Positions 34,748 to 44,606 of a stretch of DNA of 64,000 nucleotides are shown piece by piece. Each line of letters begins with the position of its first letter. Positions within the stretch are counted from its first letter, which is position 1. Position numbers and translations under genes: made by a program. The notes under the pieces were generated by a model. The model worked only from the letters and a program-made list of their open reading frames with translations, did no database searches and had not been told where the DNA came from. The stretch is taken from sequence record MZ443780.1; one strand, written 5' to 3'.

Positions 34748-36202
34748 ATGAAAAAGATTAAATACACTTTTCGCCTGACTGACCTTGTTCGCATCTCCAA
34801 AACTCTGCCTGTAACTATGAAGCATTTCGATGGTGCAGGAGAAGAAGCCATTGTTGTTGGTCGTCAGAATGAAAAAGACGAGTACGCGTTACACATCAAA
34901 CATCATGGTTATGTTGCATGGTACCCAGCCGAGTGCCTGACGCTGATCTCTCACAATAACGGTGAGCTGCTTGATCAGTGGGAAGCAGGTGACTACGGTC
35001 GAGATAAGAAGAAGAAACGCAAGATGCCAGAGGCGCTGCGTAACTTCACTGCTATTCTGCCTGTAACGTGTAACGCTGATTGCTCGTTCTGCCCAGAGAA
35101 AGAGATGGAGCAGAAAGCTGCCCAGCAAGAATGGCAAGACGGTTTGATTGCTTCGATCAAACGCATGTACAAGAAAACGAAGTTCGACCACGTATCAATC
35201 TCTGGTGGCGAACCTACACTGCGCACGAAGTTCTTGTTTGAGACTATCGACCGCATTCAGAAAGAAACGCCAATCAAGAAAGTAGGCTTGACGTCTAACG
35301 GCTTCTTCCTTGAAAAGCAAAACAGCACGTTCGACTTCTTAGACCGTAACACTACGCCTGAGATGACGAGCAAGCTGTCGCATCTGAATATCAGTATGCA
35401 CTCGTTCAATCGTGATCTCGCAAACAAGATCATGGGCGTGAACTACAAACAGACTCTGGAAGATCTTGTGCGCTTCCGCCGTCAGCTTGGTCGTGAAGTT
35501 AGTTTCCACATTAACTTTGTGATCAACGACAAGACCGGCTCAATCACCGAAGAGTTCAAACGTGCCGCCAACTTCATGCGAGCGAACCCGTTCATCGACA
35601 TTGTGTTCCGTGTTGACTACAACGATGTTGAACTGTCCAAAGCACTGCGCAAATATGCTATGGATTATGCAGAGTGGGAAGAAGAAAGTCGCATCGCCGC
35701 TGCTGCTCGTAAGAAATGTAGAATGAAGGAGCCGAAAGCACCTCACATCGTTCAGAAGTTTGATCGTTTCTTTGGAGGCAGCACTAACGATGAGGCTGAG
35801 AGTGCATGGACTACAGGCTGCCCGTCATGCTTCACCCATGCGTCTAACATCGTCAATAACAGTCGCGCATTCTTGAAAGCGTCTTCATACGAACCGAACG
35901 ACGACGAAGAAGAATACACTGAGCTGGTCTATCACATGGACGGCGCTCTGTATTGGGACTGGACTCGTAATGACCCTGTACCAGAACCACGCAGCAAACG
36001 TTTCGACTTCGAAATGAAAGAAGAAGCTGTCACTCAACCAAAAGCTGTTAAGAAACCTAAGAAGGCCAAACCTGTTGCTATGACCAGCAAGCAGAAGAAA
36101 GAAGTTGAGCGTGAGTCTGGTGTTGATAGCTGCAACTATTCATCTCGCTGTGGTTTTGTTGGCGGTAACGGTCGCTGTGGCTTCGGCAGCGGTCTGTGCT
36201 AA
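34748..36202 (+). CDS. radical SAM enzyme with N-terminal SH3-like module and Cys/Gly-rich C-tail
   Basis: CNADCSFC (CxxxCxxC), SISGGEPT, GLTSNG and LNISMHS motifs; GAGGA RBS. Confidence 0.88.
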   Translation: MKKIKYTFRLTDLVRISKTLPVTMKHFDGAGEEAIVVGRQNEKDEYALHIKHHGYVAWYPAECLTLISHNNGELLDQWEAGDYGRDKKKKRKMPEALRNFTAILPVTCNADCSFCPEKEMEQKAAQQEWQDGLIASIKRMYKKTKFDHVSISGGEPTLRTKFLFETIDRIQKETPIKKVGLTSNGFFLEKQNSTFDFLDRNTTPEMTSKLSHLNISMHSFNRDLANKIMGVNYKQTLEDLVRFRRQLGREVSFHINFVINDKTGSITEEFKRAANFMRANPFIDIVFRVDYNDVELSKALRKYAMDYAEWEEESRIAAAARKKCRMKEPKAPHIVQKFDRFFGGSTNDEAESAWTTGCPSCFTHASNIVNNSRAFLKASSYEPNDDEEEYTELVYHMDGALYWDWTRNDPVPEPRSKRFDFEMKEEAVTQPKAVKKPKKAKPVAMTSKQKKEVERESGVDSCNYSSRCGFVGGNGRCGFGSGLC

Positions 36203-36212
36203 GGACAATCAA

Positions 36213-36572
36213 ATGAAACAACGTACCTTCTATTATGACAGCCCGTTCTATTACGGGCTTATCGTGTGGCGCAAGCGTCTGCGCAATGTTGTGCTGATGC
36301 TATGCGCAATACTCATCATTCACGGCTGGCATGTGCCTGTAGTTGAAAACATGTGGGCATGGACTGGCATTATCTTCGGTATCTTGTTTCTCGTTTGCTA
36401 CATTAAGATGTGGGAATACGAGCGCATGATTCTCGAAGCGTGTGGTCCGCTAGATACGCACACTGTTATCGGTGTGTTGAACTTCGAAAGTTTAGAGCGC
36501 AAACATGCTGTCTGGTACGAAAAGAAGTTCGGACACAAGCCACCTAAAACTAACTCATGGAGTATCGACTAA
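36213..36572 (+). CDS. membrane protein (2 TM)
   Basis: AAGGA RBS; two hydrophobic segments. Confidence 0.7.
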   Translation: MKQRTFYYDSPFYYGLIVWRKRLRNVVLMLCAILIIHGWHVPVVENMWAWTGIIFGILFLVCYIKMWEYERMILEACGPLDTHTVIGVLNFESLERKHAVWYEKKFGHKPPKTNSWSID

Positions 36573-36994
36573 TGCCTCGCATGTTTACTGAGACTCATCG
36601 CAATAAGTATTTCCGTGATCGTAATCATCCTGGGTATCACGGTGACGTGTGCGAGCAAATCCATGTTGAGGGTATGGAAACGCTAAAAGACCTGAAATAC
36701 TATCAGACAGCAATTTCGATGCTGCGCCGTAGTACCCCTAAACGTACCAGTGAATACAGCCACGACATTCTGTATCTGCGTACTCACTTTAAAGAAGCTG
36801 CTGCGCGTATGAAGTCGCTACGCATTGCATATACCGAAGAGCATTGTCGCAGACACGGTGAGCGTATGCGCCTCGAAGTGAAAGACGCTGACGGCAATCG
36901 TGTTGATTTGTTCGTGACGTATGACGCGGCCAAATACTGCAAACTGCGTTCTGGTCTCGGCGCAATTATCGAACGTTACGAGGAAAAGAAATGA
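36557..36994 (+). CDS. hypothetical basic protein
   Basis: 145 aa; start uncertain. Confidence 0.6.
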   Translation: MEYRLMPRMFTETHRNKYFRDRNHPGYHGDVCEQIHVEGMETLKDLKYYQTAISMLRRSTPKRTSEYSHDILYLRTHFKEAAARMKSLRIAYTEEHCRRHGERMRLEVKDADGNRVDLFVTYDAAKYCKLRSGLGAIIERYEEKK

Positions 36995-37707
36995 TGCCGA
37001 AAATATTCACGCTGAAACATTCAGGCGCTGACGTTATCATGCCTGTGATCTTGTTCGAATTGAACAAGCAAATGAAAGCTGGTGCAGTAGTCGACCTGGC
37101 CGAAGCGTACTCACTGCTGAACGACACGCAAGCTGTTTACCTGACGTTAGCAAGCGCCGACAATGATGCGTATTACAAACAGCTTGAGCCTACGATTCGT
37201 TCGTTGCTTGCTAAGTACGGGCTACAGTGGATTCTCATTGAGAACGATCTGTCTCGATACTGTGAACGTTACGCAGAACTCAAAGGCTTCAAACGTGTAG
37301 ACGAGAACGTATGGTCACACGCTACAGGCGAAGTTGAGATCGATAACTATGACCGCATCATGCTTCGCGCTCTGCTGGAAGAATGCAGCGCTGCACGGTT
37401 TCTCGAAAGTGTCGATGAACTTGTCGAAGAACAGGCGGCAGTAGATGAGATTGACCACAAACTCGATCTCATTGAAGACGGCAAGTGTTCCGAATGCGGC
37501 GCAGAGCGTGACCATGATGTAGACGATGAATATATGTGTCTGTCGTGTCGCTTAGCCGCAGAGGATGAAGAACGTGCGGAAGAAACATACGACTATCATC
37601 TGGTTGACCCTCGAATGCGCGTTCGTTTCAAAACAAACGATTTTGAAGCTGCTGAAAAGTATGCTGAGTCGCATCGAGAGTGTAAAGTGTTGTACGTAGG
37701 GGAATAA
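36991..37707 (+). CDS. hypothetical acidic protein with CxxC...CxxC zinc site
   Basis: CSEC...CLSC motif; GAGG RBS. Confidence 0.7.
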   Translation: MMPKIFTLKHSGADVIMPVILFELNKQMKAGAVVDLAEAYSLLNDTQAVYLTLASADNDAYYKQLEPTIRSLLAKYGLQWILIENDLSRYCERYAELKGFKRVDENVWSHATGEVEIDNYDRIMLRALLEECSAARFLESVDELVEEQAAVDEIDHKLDLIEDGKCSECGAERDHDVDDEYMCLSCRLAAEDEERAEETYDYHLVDPRMRVRFKTNDFEAAEKYAESHRECKVLYVGE

Positions 37708-37711
37708 CAAA

Positions 37712-37975
37712 ATGGCTGTAGGCTTTGTCAAAGATGATGGCGTCAACGATACCATCGAAACAAACGTGCTGAATGAGATCGACCGCGCTCGTTCAGAACT
37801 TCAAGGCGCAGGTTCTGATTACTGCGTCAACCCTGATTGCGGTGAGAAGATTCCTGTGATGCGTAAACTCGCTATGCCCAATGCGCGTTACTGCATCAAC
37901 TGTCAGGCAGCGCACGACGGCACTGCTAACGTCGGCTATAATCGCCGTGGCTCAAAAGATTCTCAACTGAGGTAG
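37712..37975 (+). CDS. TraR/DksA C4 zinc-finger transcription factor
   Basis: YCVNPDCGEKIPVMRKLAMPNARYCINCQ and N-terminal GFVKDDGVND motif (TraR/YbiI type). Confidence 0.85.
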   Translation: MAVGFVKDDGVNDTIETNVLNEIDRARSELQGAGSDYCVNPDCGEKIPVMRKLAMPNARYCINCQAAHDGTANVGYNRRGSKDSQLR

Positions 37976-37980
37976 TTATT

Positions 37981-38409
37981 ATGGAAGCTAAAATAACGCA
38001 GACTGGTACTGAGTGGCACGTTAAAGCGACTCAAAACGATCAGCCATCAAACACGTTCACCTCTGTCTATCACTCCGAAGAAGAGTACGAGAAGTGGATG
38101 AACCTGCACAAGAAAGACTTCACTGTAGAAGTGAACGTCGTTCAGGTGCTGACCATTGAAGTGAAGAAAGGCACCTACCCTGATGTTCAGCCTGTAGTTG
38201 ACCCGAACGTGACGTACTCGCTCGAAGCGTTTGTCAAAACTGCCAACGACTGGGTAGTTATTCGTAGCGGCATCACAACACCAGAAGAAGTTATCCAGCT
38301 GGTTGATCGTCTTGATATCAGACAGCGCAAGCCGGAAGACGTGACTCATTTCCGTGTCGTGCGTGTCGTGCGTAGTGAAGTAGAACAACTGTGGGGAGAG
38401 ATGTGGTGA
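37981..38409 (+). CDS. hypothetical protein
   Basis: GAGGT RBS. Confidence 0.75.
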   Translation: MEAKITQTGTEWHVKATQNDQPSNTFTSVYHSEEEYEKWMNLHKKDFTVEVNVVQVLTIEVKKGTYPDVQPVVDPNVTYSLEAFVKTANDWVVIRSGITTPEEVIQLVDRLDIRQRKPEDVTHFRVVRVVRSEVEQLWGEMW

Positions 38410-38540
38410 GTGACAAAGAGCCATACTCACGTTGCGAAGACTGCCGTACACCTCTAGCAGAAGATGAAGTGTACGGCGAGTACGACGATCTGTGTGAGAA
38501 CTGCTGTGCTGATCGCGAAGATGATGGAGAGCCAACATAA
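38406..38540 (+). CDS. 44-aa acidic zinc-finger microprotein (CEDC...CENC)
   Basis: Read by hand. GTGA and TAATG coupling on both sides; GGGGAG RBS. Confidence 0.7.
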   Translation: MSDKEPYSRCEDCRTPLAEDEVYGEYDDLCENCCADREDDGEPT

Positions 38541-38857
38541 TGTTGCGTAAACTTTGGGTAGCTATAGGCTTCAAATTTCCTACGGTTGCTGACGCTATGC
38601 GTAAACGACAGGCATGTACACGCGTTGGCTATAAGAGCTACTGCGTTATGAACCGTGCTGGATTCGCAGAGGCATTCACGCATCACCTGCATGAATACCG
38701 AGATTCTAGCCCATCGTTGGCCGTGCTTAATAAACACAAACACGAAGACGTTGCAGCAAAAGCGCAGCGTATGGATTATCCGTGTGTTGTCGTCTTTGCT
38801 GATGACGGCTTCTCTGCAATTGCAATTGATCCACCTACTATGGAGCGCCATGTATGA
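38540..38857 (+). CDS. hypothetical protein
   Basis: Translationally coupled. Confidence 0.65.
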   Translation: MLRKLWVAIGFKFPTVADAMRKRQACTRVGYKSYCVMNRAGFAEAFTHHLHEYRDSSPSLAVLNKHKHEDVAAKAQRMDYPCVVVFADDGFSAIAIDPPTMERHV

Positions 38858-39207
38858 AACTGACAAAGCTGCCGCGTTACTTGTGGCTTACAGGCAAACA
38901 GGTGACGTACTTCTTCAAGCTGCTTAAAGCGAATCGTGAACTCGCTGCTATGGAGCATGAAGCCGAAGTGCTCAAAGCTCTGCACGATCTCACTGAGCGC
39001 GATATGCAGAACGGAACTATTGTCTGCATCAAGGTGCTTTCGTTCTTTCAGGAGTTGAAGCGCCCTCGTGGTGTGAAGTTCAATCTCCCCTACCTGTGGC
39101 CGAAGCGTGACCTGATTCGCTTGCTCAACAAGAACGGTGTTGCAGTAGGCCCAGTGCCGAACTACTTCGCAGCTTTCCATCAACTCGTAGACAAAGGGTT
39201 TAAGTGA
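38854..39207 (+). CDS. hypothetical protein
   Basis: GGAG RBS, ATGA overlap. Confidence 0.7.
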   Translation: MKLTKLPRYLWLTGKQVTYFFKLLKANRELAAMEHEAEVLKALHDLTERDMQNGTIVCIKVLSFFQELKRPRGVKFNLPYLWPKRDLIRLLNKNGVAVGPVPNYFAAFHQLVDKGFK

Positions 39208-39926
39208 TGAACCACCTAGAACATTTAGATGCAATCAAACAAATCACTGTTGACCAGATTCAAGCGTTCTCAGGTATCGCAGAAGTAATGCACGAACGGG
39301 GTCGCATTCAGCCTGAAATCTTTACCGAAGTGTGGCAGCGCACCGTATGCGAACAGCTTGGTCTGAACTACGATCACTGGCGCTACTACAACGAACTGGC
39401 TAACTTCATGACTCTGGGCATGGTGCCATACATGCCTGTGCTGCAAATTGCTGTGACTGCTTTTGTCGGCGCTGACGTGCGCGAGACACTGCAACGCTTC
39501 TCGCATCTCGATAAAGAAACTGTGGTATCTGCCTATGAAGTTGGTAACGAGTGGGTGCTGGACAATCATCGCATGATTTGCACATGTCGCGCTATCGACT
39601 CCTTAGTTAGTTTGTACTCGACGCACAAGTTGGAGATTGACGAACAGGAAGAGAATCGTTGTGTAGCCTACCCGGGAATGCCGAACATGCCGCACCAGTT
39701 TGTTGAAATGTACAAGCTGATTGACGAGGCTCGTCTGATTGTTAGTGGTCGTTGGCGTACACCTCTGCGTTATTTCCATTCGAGAGAGCGTGACTACATC
39801 TGGAACTATCCGCCAACAATGTCAACTAAAGGTAACGTCATCATTCAGACAGACGCAGGTACTATCTATCTGAATGGCGCGCCTAAGCGCGGTGATACTA
39901 ACGCAAACCATTTACGCTCAGTGTAA
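39204..39926 (+). CDS. hypothetical protein
   Basis: 240 aa, coupled. Confidence 0.7.
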   Translation: MMNHLEHLDAIKQITVDQIQAFSGIAEVMHERGRIQPEIFTEVWQRTVCEQLGLNYDHWRYYNELANFMTLGMVPYMPVLQIAVTAFVGADVRETLQRFSHLDKETVVSAYEVGNEWVLDNHRMICTCRAIDSLVSLYSTHKLEIDEQEENRCVAYPGMPNMPHQFVEMYKLIDEARLIVSGRWRTPLRYFHSRERDYIWNYPPTMSTKGNVIIQTDAGTIYLNGAPKRGDTNANHLRSV

Positions 39927-39935
39927 GGGGCAATC

Positions 39936-40598
39936 ATGAACATCATTCAATTCCTCATGGATGAGGACGAAGTACAGGACGCATTCGTTGCGTATCGCAC
40001 TGACCCTACCGATGAAAACAAACGTCGTGTGATCGAAACGCTTTTGCGTGAACAAGCGTCAGCAACTAACGTAACAGAGAAAGCTACGGTGCTGGGTAAG
40101 CCTCCACATCGTTTTGTGCTTATTCCACAAACAGACGCTATCACTCGTGAGCGAGTAGAAACCAGTGAAGGTCAGATTAGCTGGGACAGGCCCGTTGATC
40201 GTAGACTACTCGATCTGGCGAAGTGTGCTACCCGTGTCAGTAATCACGTACACGAACTTGGTGGCTCTGCTGTGTTTGTGCGATTCACTGCCGAAGAGTG
40301 GCACGAGACTTTCCTGACTCAGGGCCTTCCGATGTATCTTGCGGCGATGCAAGAAGCCTTGCAGGAAACAGAGAGTCTCGAAGCTATCGCAGTCTCTATG
40401 GAGAAACTAATTCGCGTTGTCGGTAACATGACCGAACTTGCATATTCAAAACGACTGATAGGTCAGATGTATGCCGTTGCCGAAAACAGACACGACGACA
40501 CTGTTAGCCCTGCGCTTGTCGCCATGGTAGATCTGGGGAGAACGAAGAACATCCCTGCTATCTGTAAAGAGACAGAAGACGAGAACGAGGAAGAATAA
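39936..40598 (+). CDS. hypothetical protein
   Basis: 220 aa. Confidence 0.7.
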   Translation: MNIIQFLMDEDEVQDAFVAYRTDPTDENKRRVIETLLREQASATNVTEKATVLGKPPHRFVLIPQTDAITRERVETSEGQISWDRPVDRRLLDLAKCATRVSNHVHELGGSAVFVRFTAEEWHETFLTQGLPMYLAAMQEALQETESLEAIAVSMEKLIRVVGNMTELAYSKRLIGQMYAVAENRHDDTVSPALVAMVDLGRTKNIPAICKETEDENEEE

Positions 40599-40970
40599 AT
40601 GATCAAACAAATCCCAAGACAACTTTCGACCAAAGATCGTAGTCTGTCTATCGACGGCTTTGCTTCTACAGTCAATCTGGAAAACTATACTGCTGTCGTT
40701 CGCGGTCCGTGGAAGTTATTGCGCGGCACTAACACCAGTGGTAACTTCACTATCGTGCTGGTGGGCCCTCATGCCGTCCCCTCGAATTTGGTAGGCATTC
40801 AAATCTTAATGGCTGCTGGCTTCTCTGATGTTGACGCGATGCTGGCACTCGGCGTTTCACGTAATGAATATCGTGCATGGACAAAAACGCAGCGCACTCG
40901 CAAACGCGAAGCAGCCGCACAACCACGCATGGGCAACACAACTTCACTCGACGATCTCCAGAGGAAATAA
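40599..40970 (+). CDS. hypothetical protein
   Basis: GAGGA RBS. Confidence 0.7.
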   Translation: MIKQIPRQLSTKDRSLSIDGFASTVNLENYTAVVRGPWKLLRGTNTSGNFTIVLVGPHAVPSNLVGIQILMAAGFSDVDAMLALGVSRNEYRAWTKTQRTRKREAAAQPRMGNTTSLDDLQRK

Positions 40971-40971
40971 G

Positions 40972-41754
40972 ATGAAACAGTTATTCGTAGGCAGTCACCC
41001 AAATACAGTTCGCTTCTCTGATCTCGATGCGCGTGATCGCGTGTGTGAGATTCGTGTACTGATCGCAAATGCGTATACTATCCTGCGCGATGCTATCGGT
41101 GAGAAAGCCAAAGACGAAGCGAACGTCTTCCACGGCCCGTGGCTTGTGTTTCGTAACCTGATGAACGAGCACCCAGCATCCTGTCTTGAAGAGTTTCGTC
41201 ACGCTTCAATCTACTTCGATGCAGATACCGAAAACATGGTGACTGAGATCGCTGACCTGATCGAACAGCACAACGAGCTGGTTCGTCAGGACTACGAACG
41301 AAAAGGCATTCACAGGCATCAGGCAGATGCAATGATCAGTATTGACGATACTATCAAAAATACTGCGCGTGAAGTAACGATGCGTGTCGGCGCAGGTAAG
41401 ACGCGCAGTGTTGTAGGTGAGATTGAGAGTAACAATCCACATCTGATGTTGGCAGATAATGTTCGAGCGTATACGCAGTTTGCAGCCAAGACCACATCGG
41501 TATTTGCGTTCTGCTCGCGTTTGACCAAGAAATTGGGATCTGATTGTTATGATCGCTACGACGACATGACCCAGGAAGAAATGATCGACTGCGTACACGG
41601 TCTCATTCTCGCTTCATCTAAAAGTGTAGATCAAATTCAGCGCCATGTACGTCAGTGCATCGAAGCCTTATCCATGCCTAAGTGTAAGGCTGATGGTGAC
41701 TTCGACTTCAAAGTAGGTGGCGGTGACAATGGCACATTTGACTTCCGTATGTAA
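40972..41754 (+). CDS. hypothetical protein
   Basis: GAGGA RBS before ATG 40972. Confidence 0.75.
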   Translation: MKQLFVGSHPNTVRFSDLDARDRVCEIRVLIANAYTILRDAIGEKAKDEANVFHGPWLVFRNLMNEHPASCLEEFRHASIYFDADTENMVTEIADLIEQHNELVRQDYERKGIHRHQADAMISIDDTIKNTAREVTMRVGAGKTRSVVGEIESNNPHLMLADNVRAYTQFAAKTTSVFAFCSRLTKKLGSDCYDRYDDMTQEEMIDCVHGLILASSKSVDQIQRHVRQCIEALSMPKCKADGDFDFKVGGGDNGTFDFRM

Positions 41755-41773
41755 ACGTTACTGGCGCGAAGCA

Positions 41774-41932
41774 ATGGTGCTGGCAGTGCTTGTCATCATT
41801 GCTTTCGCTTTACCTTATTTCGAAGTACGCAACCCAATGCTGACTATGCTGGTGGCTGTCATCGTTGCTGTGTACTTCTTTGCTACGTGGGCATGCAAGC
41901 CTCGTCACGGAGATAACAGTGAAAAAGAATGA
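41774..41932 (+). CDS. small membrane protein (2 TM)
   Basis: Two hydrophobic stretches; start uncertain. Confidence 0.55.
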   Translation: MVLAVLVIIAFALPYFEVRNPMLTMLVAVIVAVYFFATWACKPRHGDNSEKE

Positions 41933-42470
41933 GATCGTGTTGAGCAAGGAAGAAATTGCTGAGGGTGTTGAGAAGATCAATCACGCGCTGTTGCTTATTG
42001 GTCTTCGCTGCAACGAAGGTGATGTCGGTTACGAGACTGTGTACACTGACGACCACGGTGAAACACAGGGAGGCTGGTACGCCGAGTTCGATACTAAGTC
42101 CCGGGAGAAACTGCGTAACTCTAAGCAAGTGTCGTGGCGTAACGTTGGTATGATTAGCGGTGATACGCTTGACAGCATTCTCAAAACAATAACGAACTTG
42201 AAGTTCCGCAACTGTGTGAAAGAACCAACGCCGCTGCAAGTTCGTCGCGCAGAGCACAAGCAGAACAAAGTCGAATCGACCAAGCGAGCGCTTGAGATCT
42301 TCAACTCTGCCCAGCCTCTGTCTGATGGTGATCTGCACATCTGCATTGAGCACTTCCGCACTCTGGAAGAAATGATCAAAGCAGACCCGATGTTGAAACT
42401 GGCGCTGCCGTATGTTGTAAACAACCTGTATCAACTCGAAAACTATCTTCGCGCACGTAAAAGCAAGTAA
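41919..42470 (+). CDS. hypothetical protein
   Basis: GGAG RBS before GTG 41919. Confidence 0.7.
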   Translation: MKKNEIVLSKEEIAEGVEKINHALLLIGLRCNEGDVGYETVYTDDHGETQGGWYAEFDTKSREKLRNSKQVSWRNVGMISGDTLDSILKTITNLKFRNCVKEPTPLQVRRAEHKQNKVESTKRALEIFNSAQPLSDGDLHICIEHFRTLEEMIKADPMLKLALPYVVNNLYQLENYLRARKSK

Positions 42471-42476
42471 CAATCG

Positions 42477-42505
42477 TGGGAGACTCTTAACGGGGTTTCC
42501 CATTA
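42477..42505 (+). terminator. hairpin/terminator (same family as 50940)
   Basis: TGGGAGACTC-TTAACG-GGGTTTCCCA. Confidence 0.55.
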
Positions 42506-42528
42506 GTCATTTCTGGAGCAAAATTCGC

Positions 42529-43509
42529 ATGAGACTTGGATTCGCCTGTAAGCTGATTGACGCACAAGGCAAGCAACCGTACCCAAACAAAAGCATTAGC
42601 TACACGCACTTTGCAAAACTCGATCTCGACCAGCGTCGTCAAAAGCTACTCGACATTGTGACCGTCAACCTGACGTCACTGTACGATATGATCGCACACG
42701 TTGCGATGTTACGCCGAGACATGCGCATGTTTCGTATCACCAGCGAATTGCTCCCGCTGTTCACGCACCCACAAGTTGCGCACTTATACCAAGAGCGTGA
42801 ACTTGCCGCGCACATCGAACACTGGTTGTGGAAGTGCGGTACGTTAGCTCAGTCATCTGGCGTTAGACTTTCGTTTCACCCAGGTCAGTTTACCGTGCTC
42901 GCATCTGATCGACCTGACGTTGTGCTCAATTCAATCCACGAACTTGAGTACCATGCGTACTGCGCCTATCACATGGGGTACGGTCGACGCTTTCAAGACT
43001 TCAAGATCAACATTCACCTGTCTGGTCGTCTTGGTGCTAAAGGCTTTCGTGCTGCACACTCAAAACTTTCTGATCACTGCCGAAAGATGTTGACCGTTGA
43101 GAACGACGAGATCACGTCCAGCATTGAGGACTGTCTTGAGCTTGCGGACATTTGCCCGATTGTGCTCGATATTCATCATCACTGGGTAATGACTAACGAG
43201 TACATACAGCCGACCGATGATCGTGTGCAACGTGTCATTGAGTCGTGGCGAGGCATTACACCGACAGCGCATTACTCTGTGTCTAAGCCTGAGTTCGTGC
43301 CGTCGCGTGGTCTGCCAGATCAAAACAAGCTGACTGCTAATCGAATGCAGCTACGCGCACACTCTGACTACTACCACAACGATGACGTAAACGAGTGGGC
43401 CCTCAGCTTCACTGATTTTGACTTAATGTGCGAGTCGAAAGCGAAGAATCTCGCTCGTGCAAAATTGGCGTGTTTTACAGCGAACTCTGCAAATAACTGG
43501 ACAAAATAA
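42529..43509 (+). CDS. uvsE: UV-damage endonuclease (UvsE/UVDE family)
   Basis: MRLGFACK, RLSFHPGQFTVL, INIH, TVENDE, VLDIHHH, HYS, HSD and MCESKAK motifs. Confidence 0.93.
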   Translation: MRLGFACKLIDAQGKQPYPNKSISYTHFAKLDLDQRRQKLLDIVTVNLTSLYDMIAHVAMLRRDMRMFRITSELLPLFTHPQVAHLYQERELAAHIEHWLWKCGTLAQSSGVRLSFHPGQFTVLASDRPDVVLNSIHELEYHAYCAYHMGYGRRFQDFKINIHLSGRLGAKGFRAAHSKLSDHCRKMLTVENDEITSSIEDCLELADICPIVLDIHHHWVMTNEYIQPTDDRVQRVIESWRGITPTAHYSVSKPEFVPSRGLPDQNKLTANRMQLRAHSDYYHNDDVNEWALSFTDFDLMCESKAKNLARAKLACFTANSANNWTK

Positions 43510-43542
43510 GGCTTGTTTCTGATGGTTGCCCTATGATACACT
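43491..43542 (+). promoter_or_regulatory. early sigma70 promoter with conserved upstream element
   Basis: AAATAA-CTGGACAAAAT-N5-TTGTTT-N18-TACACT with TG extension. Confidence 0.75.
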
Positions 43543-43589
43543 GTTTATGAGCACTTTTGCTCGTTATAACTAGACAGAGGAAATAGACA

Positions 43590-43892
43590 ATGTTCAATAC
43601 AACAACCATCGTGAAGAAAGCAAGCGCTGTCCAGAACGTCAACCACTCTTTTGGCATTACCGGTATCACACCGACTAACCGCATCTCCTGCGTTTGGCCT
43701 GGCGCTCTGGAAGTACCTGCGAATATCAAACGTTGGTGTCGTGTAAACGAAATCACCAATGACCTTGATGCTTACATGCGTGTTCGCTTCAAGGGTCGTC
43801 GTGCAGACATTCTGAATTTGGTTGCTAAACATTTAGCGCCGAACAATCCTGAACTGGCTGTGCGTATTCTCGCTACTATCACTGAGGCCTAA
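43590..43892 (+). CDS. hypothetical protein
   Basis: GAGGA RBS. Confidence 0.75.
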   Translation: MFNTTTIVKKASAVQNVNHSFGITGITPTNRISCVWPGALEVPANIKRWCRVNEITNDLDAYMRVRFKGRRADILNLVAKHLAPNNPELAVRILATITEA

Positions 43893-43893
43893 A

Positions 43894-44157
43894 ATGAAAG
43901 TCCAAGCAATGGAAGCTATTTACGGTGCTACGAACACCAACACTTCTCTCGTAGAGAAGCGGGGCTTCCGTACTGTCGAATCGAAATACGTCGATGGAAC
44001 GGAGGTTAGATTACAACGTCTATCACACGATATACATGAACGTGTGGTTGTGGGTTACGACCGTTTTGGTCGAGCTGTGTATGGAACACAAGTACCACAA
44101 TCCACGTTCGAAGTGCGTGACAGCAAGGAAAGCGAACCGAATAACACGGCGCCCTAG
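43894..44157 (+). CDS. hypothetical protein
   Basis: GAGG RBS. Confidence 0.7.
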   Translation: MKVQAMEAIYGATNTNTSLVEKRGFRTVESKYVDGTEVRLQRLSHDIHERVVVGYDRFGRAVYGTQVPQSTFEVRDSKESEPNNTAP

Positions 44158-44228
44158 CAAGCTCACAACCAGAAGCCATAGAATAACCAACAATAAATTC
44201 ATGCGCTGACCTATCGTGGGGTGTCAAA

Positions 44229-44606
44229 ATGATTGTCATTTGTAACAGTTCAAAACAGTTTTGTGCTGATCGCCTAGCACATGGGGATGCTTTTGTTTTT
44301 GGGAAGACACGCATGTTACTACGTGCTGACTTCATCGTCCTGACCGACAAGAACAATTGCTTCTATGTAGTACGCAAATCTGATGTTGTTTGGGCTCCCG
44401 AGCTTACGGGTGCGACGCATGTGATTAAAATCCGGGCGTTCGCCCAGATTAAGCCGTTCGAACTTAACGCAGCATGTCCTCAGTTCAATAGCCGTGTGTT
44501 TGGAACAATCGCGTTCCGTAACCCACACTTCGAACATAGACTTAGCGGTCTAAACTATGTAGAGACAATCTTCGGAGGTTTACATGGCACGGTATCATGT
44601 GTTTAG
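44229..44606 (+). CDS. hypothetical protein
   Basis: 125 aa. Confidence 0.55.
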   Translation: MIVICNSSKQFCADRLAHGDAFVFGKTRMLLRADFIVLTDKNNCFYVVRKSDVVWAPELTGATHVIKIRAFAQIKPFELNAACPQFNSRVFGTIAFRNPHFEHRLSGLNYVETIFGGLHGTVSCV

